Shown here piece by piece: positions 18,423 through 26,098 of a DNA stretch of 26,098 nucleotides. Position 1 is the first letter of the stretch. Each line of letters starts with the position of its first letter. This DNA is from an uncultured Gemmatimonadales bacterium (GTDB lineage Bacteria; Gemmatimonadota; Gemmatimonadetes; Gemmatimonadales; GWC2-71-9). A model generated the notes under the pieces. The model made no database searches. It saw only the letters and a program-made list of their open reading frames with translations, and was not told the DNA's origin. The DNA lies in the NCBI GenBank assembly GCA_963842945.1, contig CAWJIM010000014.1, positions 1-26,098 of the forward strand. The letters are read 5' to 3'. The translations under genes and the position numbers were made by a program.

Positions 18423-19365
18423 TCCGCCTCTCTCAGCTCCCGGAGCATGGCCCGACCCTCGGGCAGCGAGTCCAGCACGATCGCGCCGGAGGCTTCCATC
18501 CCTTTCTCAAGCGGTTTGCCGCGGCTCCGCCGATCATCAACGGCGTATTCCTGGGCAGTCCCTCCCGAGTTGCCTTGACCGCCGCCAGCAACTTTTCGTC
18601 GTTGGGAGAGTAGACGGTGCTGAGCGCGACGGCTCGGGCCTCGATGTCCCGGGCAGCCGCGAGCAGCTCGGCGACCGGCAGGTCAGGGCCGAGATAGGTA
18701 ATCCCCCATCCCTCGCCCACCGCGCTCACCGCCACCATCAGGGCACCAAGCTCGTGCGTCTCGCCCGGAGGAGTCGCGACGACCAGCCTCGGCATGTCGC
18801 CGTCCACCCGGTATGCCCCTAACTGCCACTCCAGAACCCGCCGGAACACCGCCGTGCTCATGTGCTCCTGGGCAACCGACAGTGCTCCGCTGGACCAGCC
18901 GTCGCCGACCGCTTCGACAGCGGGAGCCACGACTTCATTCAGAAAGACCGGGCCGCCGAGGGTGATGGCCCCCCGCTGCAGCACCGCCTGAAGCTCCTGG
19001 GCGTCGAAGCGGCCGACCGCACCGAGCGCTTCGCCGACTACGTCCGCCGCGGCGGAGCTCTGACCCTTCCCTGCTGGTAGGGTCACCGGCGACGGAGGGA
19101 CCTGCTCCTCGAGGCGCTCAAGGTCAGCCAGCGAAAGACCGGCGACCCGGGAGATGCTGTGCCCCCGACCGGTGAGCTGCCTCAGCCGGCGGAGCCGCTC
19201 GACGTCGTGGTCGGAATAGAGTCGCTGTCCGCCCTGCGACCGGTGGGGAGCCACCACTCCGTAGCGCCGCTCCCAGGCCCGGAGGACGTGAGGGGAGAGG
19301 CCGGTAAGATTCGCCACCAGGCGGACGGGATGCCGTGGCGCTTCGAAGCTACTGTCTCGGTTCAC
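18419..19365 (-). CDS. carH: CarH/LitR-type MerR-family adenosylcobalamin-binding photoreceptor/repressor (frameshift near 18500)
   Basis: MerR HTH (TGLSPHVLRAWERRYG..P.RS.GGQRLYS..D); Wx9EH (WSSGALSVAQEH); ExHxxG (GETHELG); YLGPDLP, VALS, IGG. The corrected C-terminus MEASGAIVLDSLPEGRAMLRELREAE-TGA overlaps the next GTG. Start placed at GTG 19365 from the promoter position. Confidence 0.85.
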
Positions 19366-19372
19366 CCGGCGT

Positions 19373-19401
19373 ATCATACCACCCTGTCTAATTAATGTCA
19401 A
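19373..19401 (-). promoter_or_regulatory. sigma70 promoter of the carH operon with overlapping operator repeats
   Basis: Minus strand TTGACA (19401-19396), N17, TATGAT (19378-19373); TAGACA lies 11 bp downstream of TTGACA. Confidence 0.8.
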
Positions 19402-19411
19402 GCATATTACT

Positions 19412-19470
19412 TATACTCGAGCTTGACAACCCGCTATCACGGTCATACTTTGTTAGACGATCGTTAGACG
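19412..19470 (+). promoter_or_regulatory. Divergent sigma70 promoter and 11-bp-phased repeats upstream of the DUF4397 gene
   Basis: TTGACA (19423-19428), N17, TACTTT (19446-19451); TATACT 11 bp before TTGACA; GTTAGACG direct repeat at 19452 and 19463. Confidence 0.65.
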
Positions 19471-19560
19471 GAACCTGCCTCACGTGATCGGGCGGAAGCC
19501 TGAACAGGCCGAGATCGCCCGGCCGGCAACAGGGGCAAACACCAAACTTCAGGAGTGGCC

Positions 19561-20253
19561 ATGAAACTCAGACTGCTTACTCTCGGGTTCGCTGCCGCGG
19601 CTTTTGCGGCCGGCTGCAGCGATGACGACAGCAGCACCGGTCCCGCAACCGATGCAGGAGTGCGGGTGGTGCACGCCTCGCCCGACGCACCCAATGTTGA
19701 CGTCCTGGTGGATGACGTCCAGGTGCTGAGCGCGGTGCCTTACCTCGGCTCCTCGAGCTACCTCGAAGTCCCAGCTGGAAGCCGAAATATCAAGGTGAAC
19801 GCGGCAGGCACCAGCACGACGGTGATCGATGCCGACCTCCCGCTGACAGCGGGGACCGACTACACCGTGATCGCCGGGGGCCTGGTCTCCGACATAGCGC
19901 CGATCGTGGTGGAGGACGATCGATCGGCCCCAGCGACCGGGAACGTCAAGGTGCGGGCAGTCCACGGCGCACCGAGTGCTCCGGCAGTGGACATCTATGT
20001 CACCGCGCCGGGGGCAGATCTCGAGGTGGCGACTCCCACCCTGACGAGCGTTCCATTCGGCGCGGCTTCCGACTACCTGGAGATTCCAGCCGGCGACTAC
20101 CAGCTTCGGGTGACGCCGGCGGGCAGCAAGATCGTGGTGATCGATAGCGGCACGCTGAGTCTGGCCGCGGGGCAGGTGCGTACGGTAATCGCGGTCGACT
20201 CGACCGGCGGTGGAGCGCCGTTCGACCTGCTGTTGCTGGCTGACGTCAATTAG
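19561..20253 (+). CDS. DUF4397-domain lipoprotein
   Basis: AGGAG RBS; MKLRLLTLGFAAAAFAAGC lipobox; two internal repeats VRVVHASPDAPNVDV / VRAVHGAPSAPAVDIY, each with YLE(V/I)PAG. Confidence 0.9.
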   Translation: MKLRLLTLGFAAAAFAAGCSDDDSSTGPATDAGVRVVHASPDAPNVDVLVDDVQVLSAVPYLGSSSYLEVPAGSRNIKVNAAGTSTTVIDADLPLTAGTDYTVIAGGLVSDIAPIVVEDDRSAPATGNVKVRAVHGAPSAPAVDIYVTAPGADLEVATPTLTSVPFGAASDYLEIPAGDYQLRVTPAGSKIVVIDSGTLSLAAGQVRTVIAVDSTGGGAPFDLLLLADVN

Positions 20254-20354
20254 CGACGCTGGCAGGCTAATCGGAGGGTGCGGCAGAGGCCGCCGTACCT
20301 TCCGCCGCTTCACCCACCGCTGTAACCTTCCGCCAAACCTCTCCCAGGACCCGC

Positions 20355-23064
20355 TTGCAAGATGGATTGAGTCGCCTTCAGGCTGCGCTCGCCGGCCAGT
20401 ACCGCATCGAGCGCGAGCTCGGCCGCGGTGGTATGGCAGTGGTGTATCTCGCCCACGACCTCCGCCACGACCGGCCGGTGGCACTCAAGGTGCTCCATCC
20501 GGAATTGGCCGAGACAGTCGGCACGGACCGATTCCTCCGCGAGATCAAGCTCGCCGCCCGCCTGCAGCATCCCCACATCGTTTCAGTGCATGACAGCGGG
20601 ACGACGGCTGCTGCGGGGGAGCAAGGCCGCGGGGCGGCGCATCTCTGGTTCACCATGCCCTACATCGAAGGCGAGAGCCTGCGCGACCGGTTGCGTCGCG
20701 AGCGGCAGCTCCCCATCGACGAAGCGGTTCGCATCACCCGGGAGGTCGCCCTCGCCCTCGATTTCGCCCATCGGCACGGGATCATCCACCGCGACGTGAA
20801 GCCGGAGAACATTCTGCTGGTGGACGGCCAGGCGCTGGTCGCCGATTTCGGCATCGGACGAGCGCTGGATGCTGCGGCAGGTAACGAGCAGATCACCAAC
20901 ACCGGATTCGCGGTCGGAACCCCGGCGTACATGAGCCCGGAGCAGTCGCTCGGCGAGCGCGACATCGACGGCAAGACCGATGTGTACAGCCTGGGCGTCG
21001 TGCTCTACGAGATGCTGGCCGGCGAGGCTCCGTTCAGCGGATCCAGCGCGCAGTCGATCACCGCCAAACGGCTGACCGGTGAGATCCCCAGCCTTCGCCG
21101 GCTCCGGCCCTCGGTGCCGGAACAGCTCGAGCGGGTCGTGCTCACCGCCCTGGCCACGATTCCGGCAGACCGGTTCGCCACGCCGGGCCAGCTGGCGCAG
21201 GCGTTGTCGCCCAATGTGGCCGGGATGACTTCCTCCCCCACCATCGCGACTCCTGCAGGGACGGCCGAGACTTCGGCATCTCCAACGACTCGTCGTCGCA
21301 AGCCGGTTCCCGCGTGGCTCACCTTCGTGCTCGGACTGCTGGTCACGGCGACGATGGGGATGTTCCTCTGGCAGCGGAGCCGCCATCCGGCCGAGACGCC
21401 GGGCACCAAGATGCTGGCGGTGCTGCCCTTCAAGAACATGGGCGCCGCCGGGCGACCAGTACTTCGCCGACGGGCTCACCGAGGAGATCACCAGCCGTCT
21501 GGCCGGCGTCTCCGACCTCGGCGTGGTCTCCCGCACCAGCACCGATCCATATAAAGGATCGACCAAGAGTATCCGGCAGATCGGGCAGGAGCTCGGAGTC
21601 GGCTACATCCTCGAGGGCAGCGTCCGCTGGGAGAAGTCGCCCGACGGGAGCAGCAAGGTACGGGTCACGCCCCAGCTCATCCGGGTGGCGGACGACCGGC
21701 ACCTCTGGACCGACCGCTACGATGCGCAGCTGGCGGACGTGTTCCAGGTGCAGTCCAGCATCGCGGAGCAGGTGACCAGTGCGATGAACCTGGCGCTGGA
21801 TCCCTCGGAGAAGCAGGCGATCAACGAGCGGCCGACGGCGAACACCGAGGCCTACGACTTTTACCTGCGGGGCATCGAGTACGCCAACCGCGGGCCGGGA
21901 CGAGAGGACGTTCGGAATTCGGTTCGGATGTTTCGGCGGGCGGCCGAGCTGGACTCGAATTTCGCGCAGGCCTGGGCCCGGTTGTCTCAGGGACGCTCCA
22001 GCGAGTACTGGTTTTTCTACGATCGCAGCGAAGCCGCCCTGGCGGAGGCGAAAGCGGCGGCGGAGCGCGCACTCCGGTTGCGTCCCAATCTCCCCGAGCC
22101 CCACGTGGCGATGGGTTATTACTACTACTGGGGCAAGCTGGACTACGATCGCGCGCTGCAGGAGCTGGCTCAGGCGCGGGAGAAACAGCCCAACAATGCA
22201 GAGTTGTTCATGGCATCTGCGGCGGTCCAGCGGCGCCAGGGCCGCTGGGCGGGCTCGATCGCGGACTTCGAGAAGGCGGTACAGCTGAACCCGCGATCGG
22301 CCGATGCGATCGGGAACCTGTCACAGACCTACAACCTGGTTCGCAAGTATGATCTGGCCTGTGCGACCGCCGACAAGGGGATAGGCATCGGGCCCGACCT
22401 CTCCTTCCCCCACTGGCTCAAGCTCCAATGCCTCATCGGAATGGACAGCGTGGAGCCGGCGAGGCAGGCGTTTCGCGCGGCTTTGCGGGGCGTAGACTTC
22501 GTGGAGATGAGCCGGATGGCCGCGGGAACCGGGGCGATTGCCAGCTTCGCGGTGGTGCCGAGCTTCCTGTTCACCGCCGATTCCGTCGTTCAGCCCAGGA
22601 TCGAGGCGCTCACTTCCGCCGACGTCGCCGACACTGCCGGCCTGTACATGCTCAAGTCCGACATGTATCGCATTCGGGGCCGGGCTGCGCGGGACCGGGC
22701 CTACCTCGACTCGGCACGCACCATCCTGGAATCCCAGGTGAAGGCGCATCCCGAGGAGGCGAATTTCCATGCCCGACTGGGCCTGGTGTACGCCAATCAA
22801 GGACGAAAGACCGACGCGGTGCGGGAAGGCGAGACCGCCGTGAAGCTGCTGCCGGTGAGCCGGGAGGCATACCGTGGCGCTAATATCCAGGCGGCGCTCG
22901 CCATGATCTATGCGACGGTCGGTATGCGATCTGAGGCAATCGACCAGTTAAAGTATCTGCTCTCGGTACCCTCGGAGCTCAGCGTCGGCCTGTTGCGGAA
23001 CGATCCGCGGTGGGCGGCGCTCCGAGGAGATGAGAGGTTTGAGGACTTAGTGGGTAAGCGATAA
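20355..23064 (+). CDS. Hanks-type Ser/Thr kinase with TM, TolB-like and TPR domains (frameshift near 21450)
   Basis: LGRGGMAVV, VALK, HRDVKPEN, DFG, GTPAYMSPE, DVYSLG; TM helix; LAVLPFKN..DQYFADGLTEEI..LEGSVR; TPR repeats; LRNDPRWAALRGDERF. TTG start is uncertain. Confidence 0.92.
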
Positions 23065-23092
23065 GAGGATGAGCGGTGAACAGCTCATCCTC
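23065..23092. terminator. Hairpin between the convergent kinase and ABM-like genes
   Basis: GAGGATGAGC / GCTCATCCTC 10-bp perfect stem with 8-nt loop, directly after the kinase TAA. No U-tract. Confidence 0.5.
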
Positions 23093-23121
23093 CTCGAACG
23101 GGGTGACCTGCTCATCGCGAG

Positions 23122-23442
23122 CTAACGAACTCCCATCCCCATCTCTTTCAGCAGCAACAGATCGCCCTCGATCACCTCCGGTTTGCTCAGTTGGTCCTTG
23201 AAGGGATCCTTCTGGACGAATTCAGCCGCTTTGCGGGTGGCCTCAGTCGACCCCTGGCGATCCTCGAACAGGGTAATCGAGAGAATGTCCGTCTCACCGG
23301 TCCTCATCACCCCGTAACTATGAAAGCCGCGGATATCGTGGATGGTGGGAAGAAACTTTTCCTCGATACGGCGCACGAACTGATCGATCATCTCGGTGGT
23401 GGCAGGGGTCTTGGTCGAGTAACGACGGATAGTCGCGTACAT
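23122..23442 (-). CDS. Small ABM-like (dimeric alpha-beta barrel) protein
   Basis: AGGAGG RBS; MYATIRRY..FLP..I.GF.SY..SITLFED...PEVIEGD pattern typical of ABM-like proteins. Confidence 0.78.
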   Translation of the reverse strand: MYATIRRYSTKTPATTEMIDQFVRRIEEKFLPTIHDIRGFHSYGVMRTGETDILSITLFEDRQGSTEATRKAAEFVQKDPFKDQLSKPEVIEGDLLLLKEMGMGVR

Positions 23443-23493
23443 CGGTTCCTCCTGATGGATAGAGCTGGGAGCAGAGAGCTCGGAGCCAGGTTC

Positions 23494-23533
23494 AATAGAA
23501 AACCGGCGGAGCTATAGCTTGCTCAGCCGGTTT
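23494..23533 (-). terminator. Intrinsic terminator (riboswitch expression platform)
   Basis: Minus strand AAACCGGC-U-GAGC-AAGCUAUA-GCUC-C-GCCGGUUU followed by UCUAUU. The 5' arm is the 3' end of the aptamer. Confidence 0.75.
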
Positions 23534-23597
23534 CGCGATTAGCTCCATCCCGCGCATGGGCGACCAGGAACTGCCGCGGGGTTTCATAGCTTCTGAG
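23522..23597 (-). ncRNA. c-di-GMP-II (class II cyclic di-GMP) riboswitch-like aptamer
   Basis: P1 CUCAG/CUGAG; P2 AGC/GCU with kink-turn (UAU loop, tandem GA/GA); P3 CCCGCG/CGCGGG; pseudoknot P4 GGUCGC pairing with GCGA-AA-CC (AA bulge). Lies between a promoter and a terminator. Confidence 0.8.
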
Positions 23598-23607
23598 GTG
23601 AAATCGC

Positions 23608-23635
23608 AGAATACGTCGACGACCGCGAGTGTCAA
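23608..23635 (-). promoter_or_regulatory. sigma70 promoter for the riboswitch leader
   Basis: Minus strand TTGACA (23635-23630), N16, TATTCT (23613-23608); predicted start ~23601, a few nt before P1. Confidence 0.72.
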
Positions 23636-23677
23636 GAGCGAATAGAAAAGTCTTCCGAGACCGTCCGACCGTCCGAC

Positions 23678-24151
23678 TTACATCTTATAAAACCCTCCCA
23701 GAATCGCGCCGTAAATCAGGTGCGCAACCAGGATCGAGATCGGAGTCTGATATCCATAGTTGAGCGCCAGAAACCCGGGAGGCTCGAGCTGGCGGGTCAC
23801 GGTGGGACCCTTCTGCTCGCTCGCCATGCGCGGATGCATGCTCGACAGCAGGCTTACGCCGGCAGTCAGCACGAAGCTGGCCTGGACCGCTCCGATCGCC
23901 GCGCCGATCCACCAGTTGGTCCGTCCTAACGAGTGAAAGGCTGCGACGTAAGCCAGCGAGAAGATCCAGCCGTTCAGCAGGTGGACCAGAAATCCGACCA
24001 GCTTGGCCCGCTCGCGGTTGGGAGTGAAGATCGAACCCAGGATGTAGGGAAGATTGATGCGAGTGAGGCCAAGACCCTGGCTGCCGGCCAGCACCGTCGT
24101 GAGGGCCAGCGTCGCCACCCCGCTCCAGAGCAGCCAGTCTCTCCAGTTCAT
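23678..24151 (-). CDS. Hypothetical 4-TM membrane protein coupled to the GH15 gene
   Basis: ATGA overlap with the GH15 stop; hydrophobic helices; His-containing motifs VHLLNG, MHPRM, AHLIYG. Confidence 0.8.
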   Translation of the reverse strand: MNWRDWLLWSGVATLALTTVLAGSQGLGLTRINLPYILGSIFTPNRERAKLVGFLVHLLNGWIFSLAYVAAFHSLGRTNWWIGAAIGAVQASFVLTAGVSLLSSMHPRMASEQKGPTVTRQLEPPGFLALNYGYQTPISILVAHLIYGAILGGFYKM

Positions 24152-26052
24152 ACCTTGGGCTCCTCGGCCTTGGGCTCCTCCGGTTTCTCCGGCAGCTGCC
24201 GCGGCATTGGCGTCTTGCCCTCGAGCCGCCGGGCCAGCGAGATCGCCGCATTGATCAGTCCCACGTGGGTAAACGCCTGGGGAAAGTTGCCTAGCGCGGC
24301 GCCGGTCCCGGGGTCGATCTCCTCGGCGAAGAGCCCCACGTCATTGGCATATCCGCAGAGTCTCTCGAAGAGTTGCCGAGCATCGTCCACGCTCCCGCCT
24401 CCCAGTGCGAGGTACTCCACTACCCAGAAGCTGCAGATGCCGAACGCGCCCTCCCCCGGGGAGACCGGATCTCCCTCTTTCTCCGGCTCTCTGATCCTCT
24501 GGTACCGGTAGAGCAGCCCGTCGCCAGCACCCAGCCGCTCGCGAATCCGCTGGTAGGTCTGCCGCATCCGCACGGAGGTGGCGGACTCGAAACCATACCA
24601 GGCGAGCAGCAGCAGGGTGGCGTCCACCCGGTCGCCCTCCGCTTGGGCAACGTAGCTTTCCAGCCCCGGATTCCATGCCCGGGTCTCGACCTGGCGGCGA
24701 ATGGCGTCGCGATTCTCTTCGAACTTCGCCTTGGGAGCCCAGCCCACATGATCCTTCGCGTGTAGCTGTAGCAGGCGGTCCAATGCCACCCAGCTCAGTA
24801 CCCGGGAGTGAGTATGGTTGGCCCGGCCGGTGCGCGGCTCCCAGATGCCTTCGTCGGGCTCCTCCCAGTGCCGGCAGATGTATTCGCCCCAGGCCCGCAG
24901 CACCCGCTGGGTCTCCCGGTCCAGGCTGCCTCCGGCCTGCACGAAATGGGTCACCGCATCGATCACCTCGCCGTACACATCGAGCTGACGCTGCTCCACC
25001 GCCAGGTTGCCGATTCGGACCGGTCGCGATCCGCCGTGTCCAGTCAGGCGATCCAGCGTGCGCTCATCCGGCGGCTTGTTGCCGTAGACATCATAGAGCA
25101 CTCGAAGCTCGGGCCGGGTCAGGCGAGTCGCATGCAACAGCCAGTGGACGAAGGCGTGGGCCTCGTCCATGTAACCCAGACCGGTGAGTGCGCGAACCGT
25201 GAGCGAGGCGTCGCGCAGCCAGCAGAAGCGGTAGTCCCAGTTGAGCGGACCGCCGATCCGCTCGGGCAGCGAGGTGGTGGGCGCCGCCACCACCGCACCA
25301 GAGGGAGCGAAGACCATGAGCTTGAGGGCGAGCGCGCTTCGAATTACCGCCTCGCGGCAGGGGCCGTCGTAGCGCGCGATGGAGGCCCAGCTCTGCCACC
25401 AGTCCACCGTGCGATCGAGTGCAGCCCGTGACCACTCACCCAGCGGCGGCAGCACCGCCGGACCCTCGCTCGCCAATGTGAGCGACGCCTGGGCCGACGC
25501 TCCGGAGGAGAGGCGGGCGCGTCCCCCTACCCTGCCGTCACCGCCGATCTCGGTCGCCAGGTCGGTTCGCAACGTGAGCAGGCCCACACCGGTTTCGACC
25601 CGAAGTCCCAGTTGTCCAGCCGTGCGAACTCTGGCCGCGCGGAGGGCGTACCCGGGACGCGGCTCGAACGACCACTCGAGCTCCACTTCTCCCCGCTCGC
25701 ACTCGATCAGCCGGAGGATCTCCCGCTCCGGCACCAGCAGACGTTCCTTCTCCTGCTCCGAGGACACCGGCATCAGATCGGTGAGGACCAGCGTCCCCGC
25801 TTCGGTGATGAACCGGGTCTGGAGCACGTTGGTGTTCTCGATGTAGCGCCGTTCGGTCCGGAAGGGTGCGGCTGGGGCTATGCGCCAATGCCCGGCGGTA
25901 GGATCGAGGATGCGGCCGAAGAGTGAAGGACTGTCGAACCGGGGCCAGCAGAGCCAGTCGATCGATCCGTCGCGCCCCACCAGGGCGACGGACCGGCCAC
26001 AGCCGATAGCCGCGTAGTCGCCGATGGCATTCGGGTTATGCGCCGAGGTCAC
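24148..26052 (-). CDS. Glycoside hydrolase family 15 (trehalase/glucoamylase-like)
   Basis: IGDYAAIG..DGSIDWLCWPRFDSPS; AAPTTSLPE..NWDYRFCWLRDA; QLDVYGE; PDEGIWE; EGAFGICSFW; GLFAEE; GNFPQAFTH. Confidence 0.95.
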   Translation of the reverse strand: MTSAHNPNAIGDYAAIGCGRSVALVGRDGSIDWLCWPRFDSPSLFGRILDPTAGHWRIAPAAPFRTERRYIENTNVLQTRFITEAGTLVLTDLMPVSSEQEKERLLVPEREILRLIECERGEVELEWSFEPRPGYALRAARVRTAGQLGLRVETGVGLLTLRTDLATEIGGDGRVGGRARLSSGASAQASLTLASEGPAVLPPLGEWSRAALDRTVDWWQSWASIARYDGPCREAVIRSALALKLMVFAPSGAVVAAPTTSLPERIGGPLNWDYRFCWLRDASLTVRALTGLGYMDEAHAFVHWLLHATRLTRPELRVLYDVYGNKPPDERTLDRLTGHGGSRPVRIGNLAVEQRQLDVYGEVIDAVTHFVQAGGSLDRETQRVLRAWGEYICRHWEEPDEGIWEPRTGRANHTHSRVLSWVALDRLLQLHAKDHVGWAPKAKFEENRDAIRRQVETRAWNPGLESYVAQAEGDRVDATLLLLAWYGFESATSVRMRQTYQRIRERLGAGDGLLYRYQRIREPEKEGDPVSPGEGAFGICSFWVVEYLALGGGSVDDARQLFERLCGYANDVGLFAEEIDPGTGAALGNFPQAFTHVGLINAAISLARRLEGKTPMPRQLPEKPEEPKAEEPKV

Positions 26053-26098
26053 GTCGAAGCGCGGTGCAGTCGAAGTGCTCCGGCGGCTGCCTCATCAA
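26049..26098 (-). CDS. 3' end of an upstream gene (partial), possibly 6-phosphogluconolactonase/NagB superfamily
   Basis: Frame reads ..DEAAAGALRLHRAST-TGA with a GTGA overlap onto the GH15 start. DxAAA is typical of Pgl/NagB C-termini, but only 15 residues are visible. Confidence 0.35.
   Translation of the reverse strand, partial: DEAAAGALRLHRAST

Noticed and set aside
12534..23064. PP2C phosphatase and Ser/Thr kinase as a dedicated pair or defence system
   Set aside because: They are 7 kb apart with unrelated genes between, both families are typically multi-copy in such genomes, and no vWA or other defence partner is present.
23515..23555. Fluoride riboswitch (GAUGGAG...AAACCG...GCUGA resemblance)
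   Set aside because: Lacks the GCUGAUGAC-UCCU pseudoknot partner and a proper P1; the c-di-GMP-II architecture fits much better.
23492..23587. 31-aa leader peptide MKPRGSSW...VFY on the minus strand (attenuator)
   Set aside because: No RBS and no regulatory codon run. The region is fully explained by the riboswitch aptamer and terminator.
704..25926. Long antisense or alternate-frame ORFs (e.g. 704..1828 -, 8408..9637 -, 17033..18394 +, 20583..21566 -)
   Set aside because: Shadow ORFs expected in high-GC DNA; Arg/Pro/Gly-rich, no motifs, and overlapping well-supported genes.

Overview
GC-rich bacterial window, probably Gemmatimonadota (inferred from the Ser/Thr kinase-TolB-like-TPR architecture, many secreted or lipoprotein genes and short intergenic tandem repeats). 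It holds about 22 genes: Acg-type nitroreductase, AldB-type aldehyde dehydrogenase + DUF779, M28 peptidase, MFS transporter, SDR, several exported hypotheticals, peroxiredoxin, PP2C phosphatase, HAF-repeat lipoprotein, DoxX + Ada/AlkA, YbjT-like SDR, CarH/LitR B12 photoreceptor, DUF4397 lipoprotein, Ser/Thr kinase, ABM-like protein, a membrane protein and a GH15 hydrolase. Many genes carry single-base frameshifts, densest in the first ~6 kb; these look like long-read errors, not pseudogenes. Signals the ORF track misses: (1) a class II c-di-GMP riboswitch-like aptamer (23522-23597, minus) between a sigma70 promoter and an overlapping terminator, predicted to switch ON a small ABM-like gene; (2) an exported peroxiredoxin with an in-frame UGA at the catalytic position followed by a SECIS-like hairpin, i.e. 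a selenoprotein; (3) a CarH divergent promoter with 11-bp-phased operator repeats linking light/B12 sensing to a DUF4397 lipoprotein and a YbjT-like SDR; (4) an ECF42-like promoter ahead of DoxX plus an Ada-AlkA whose glycosylase domain looks degenerate; (5) a dispersed multi-palindrome repeat and a family of 8-bp-period intergenic repeats. All calls were made by eye with no database searches.
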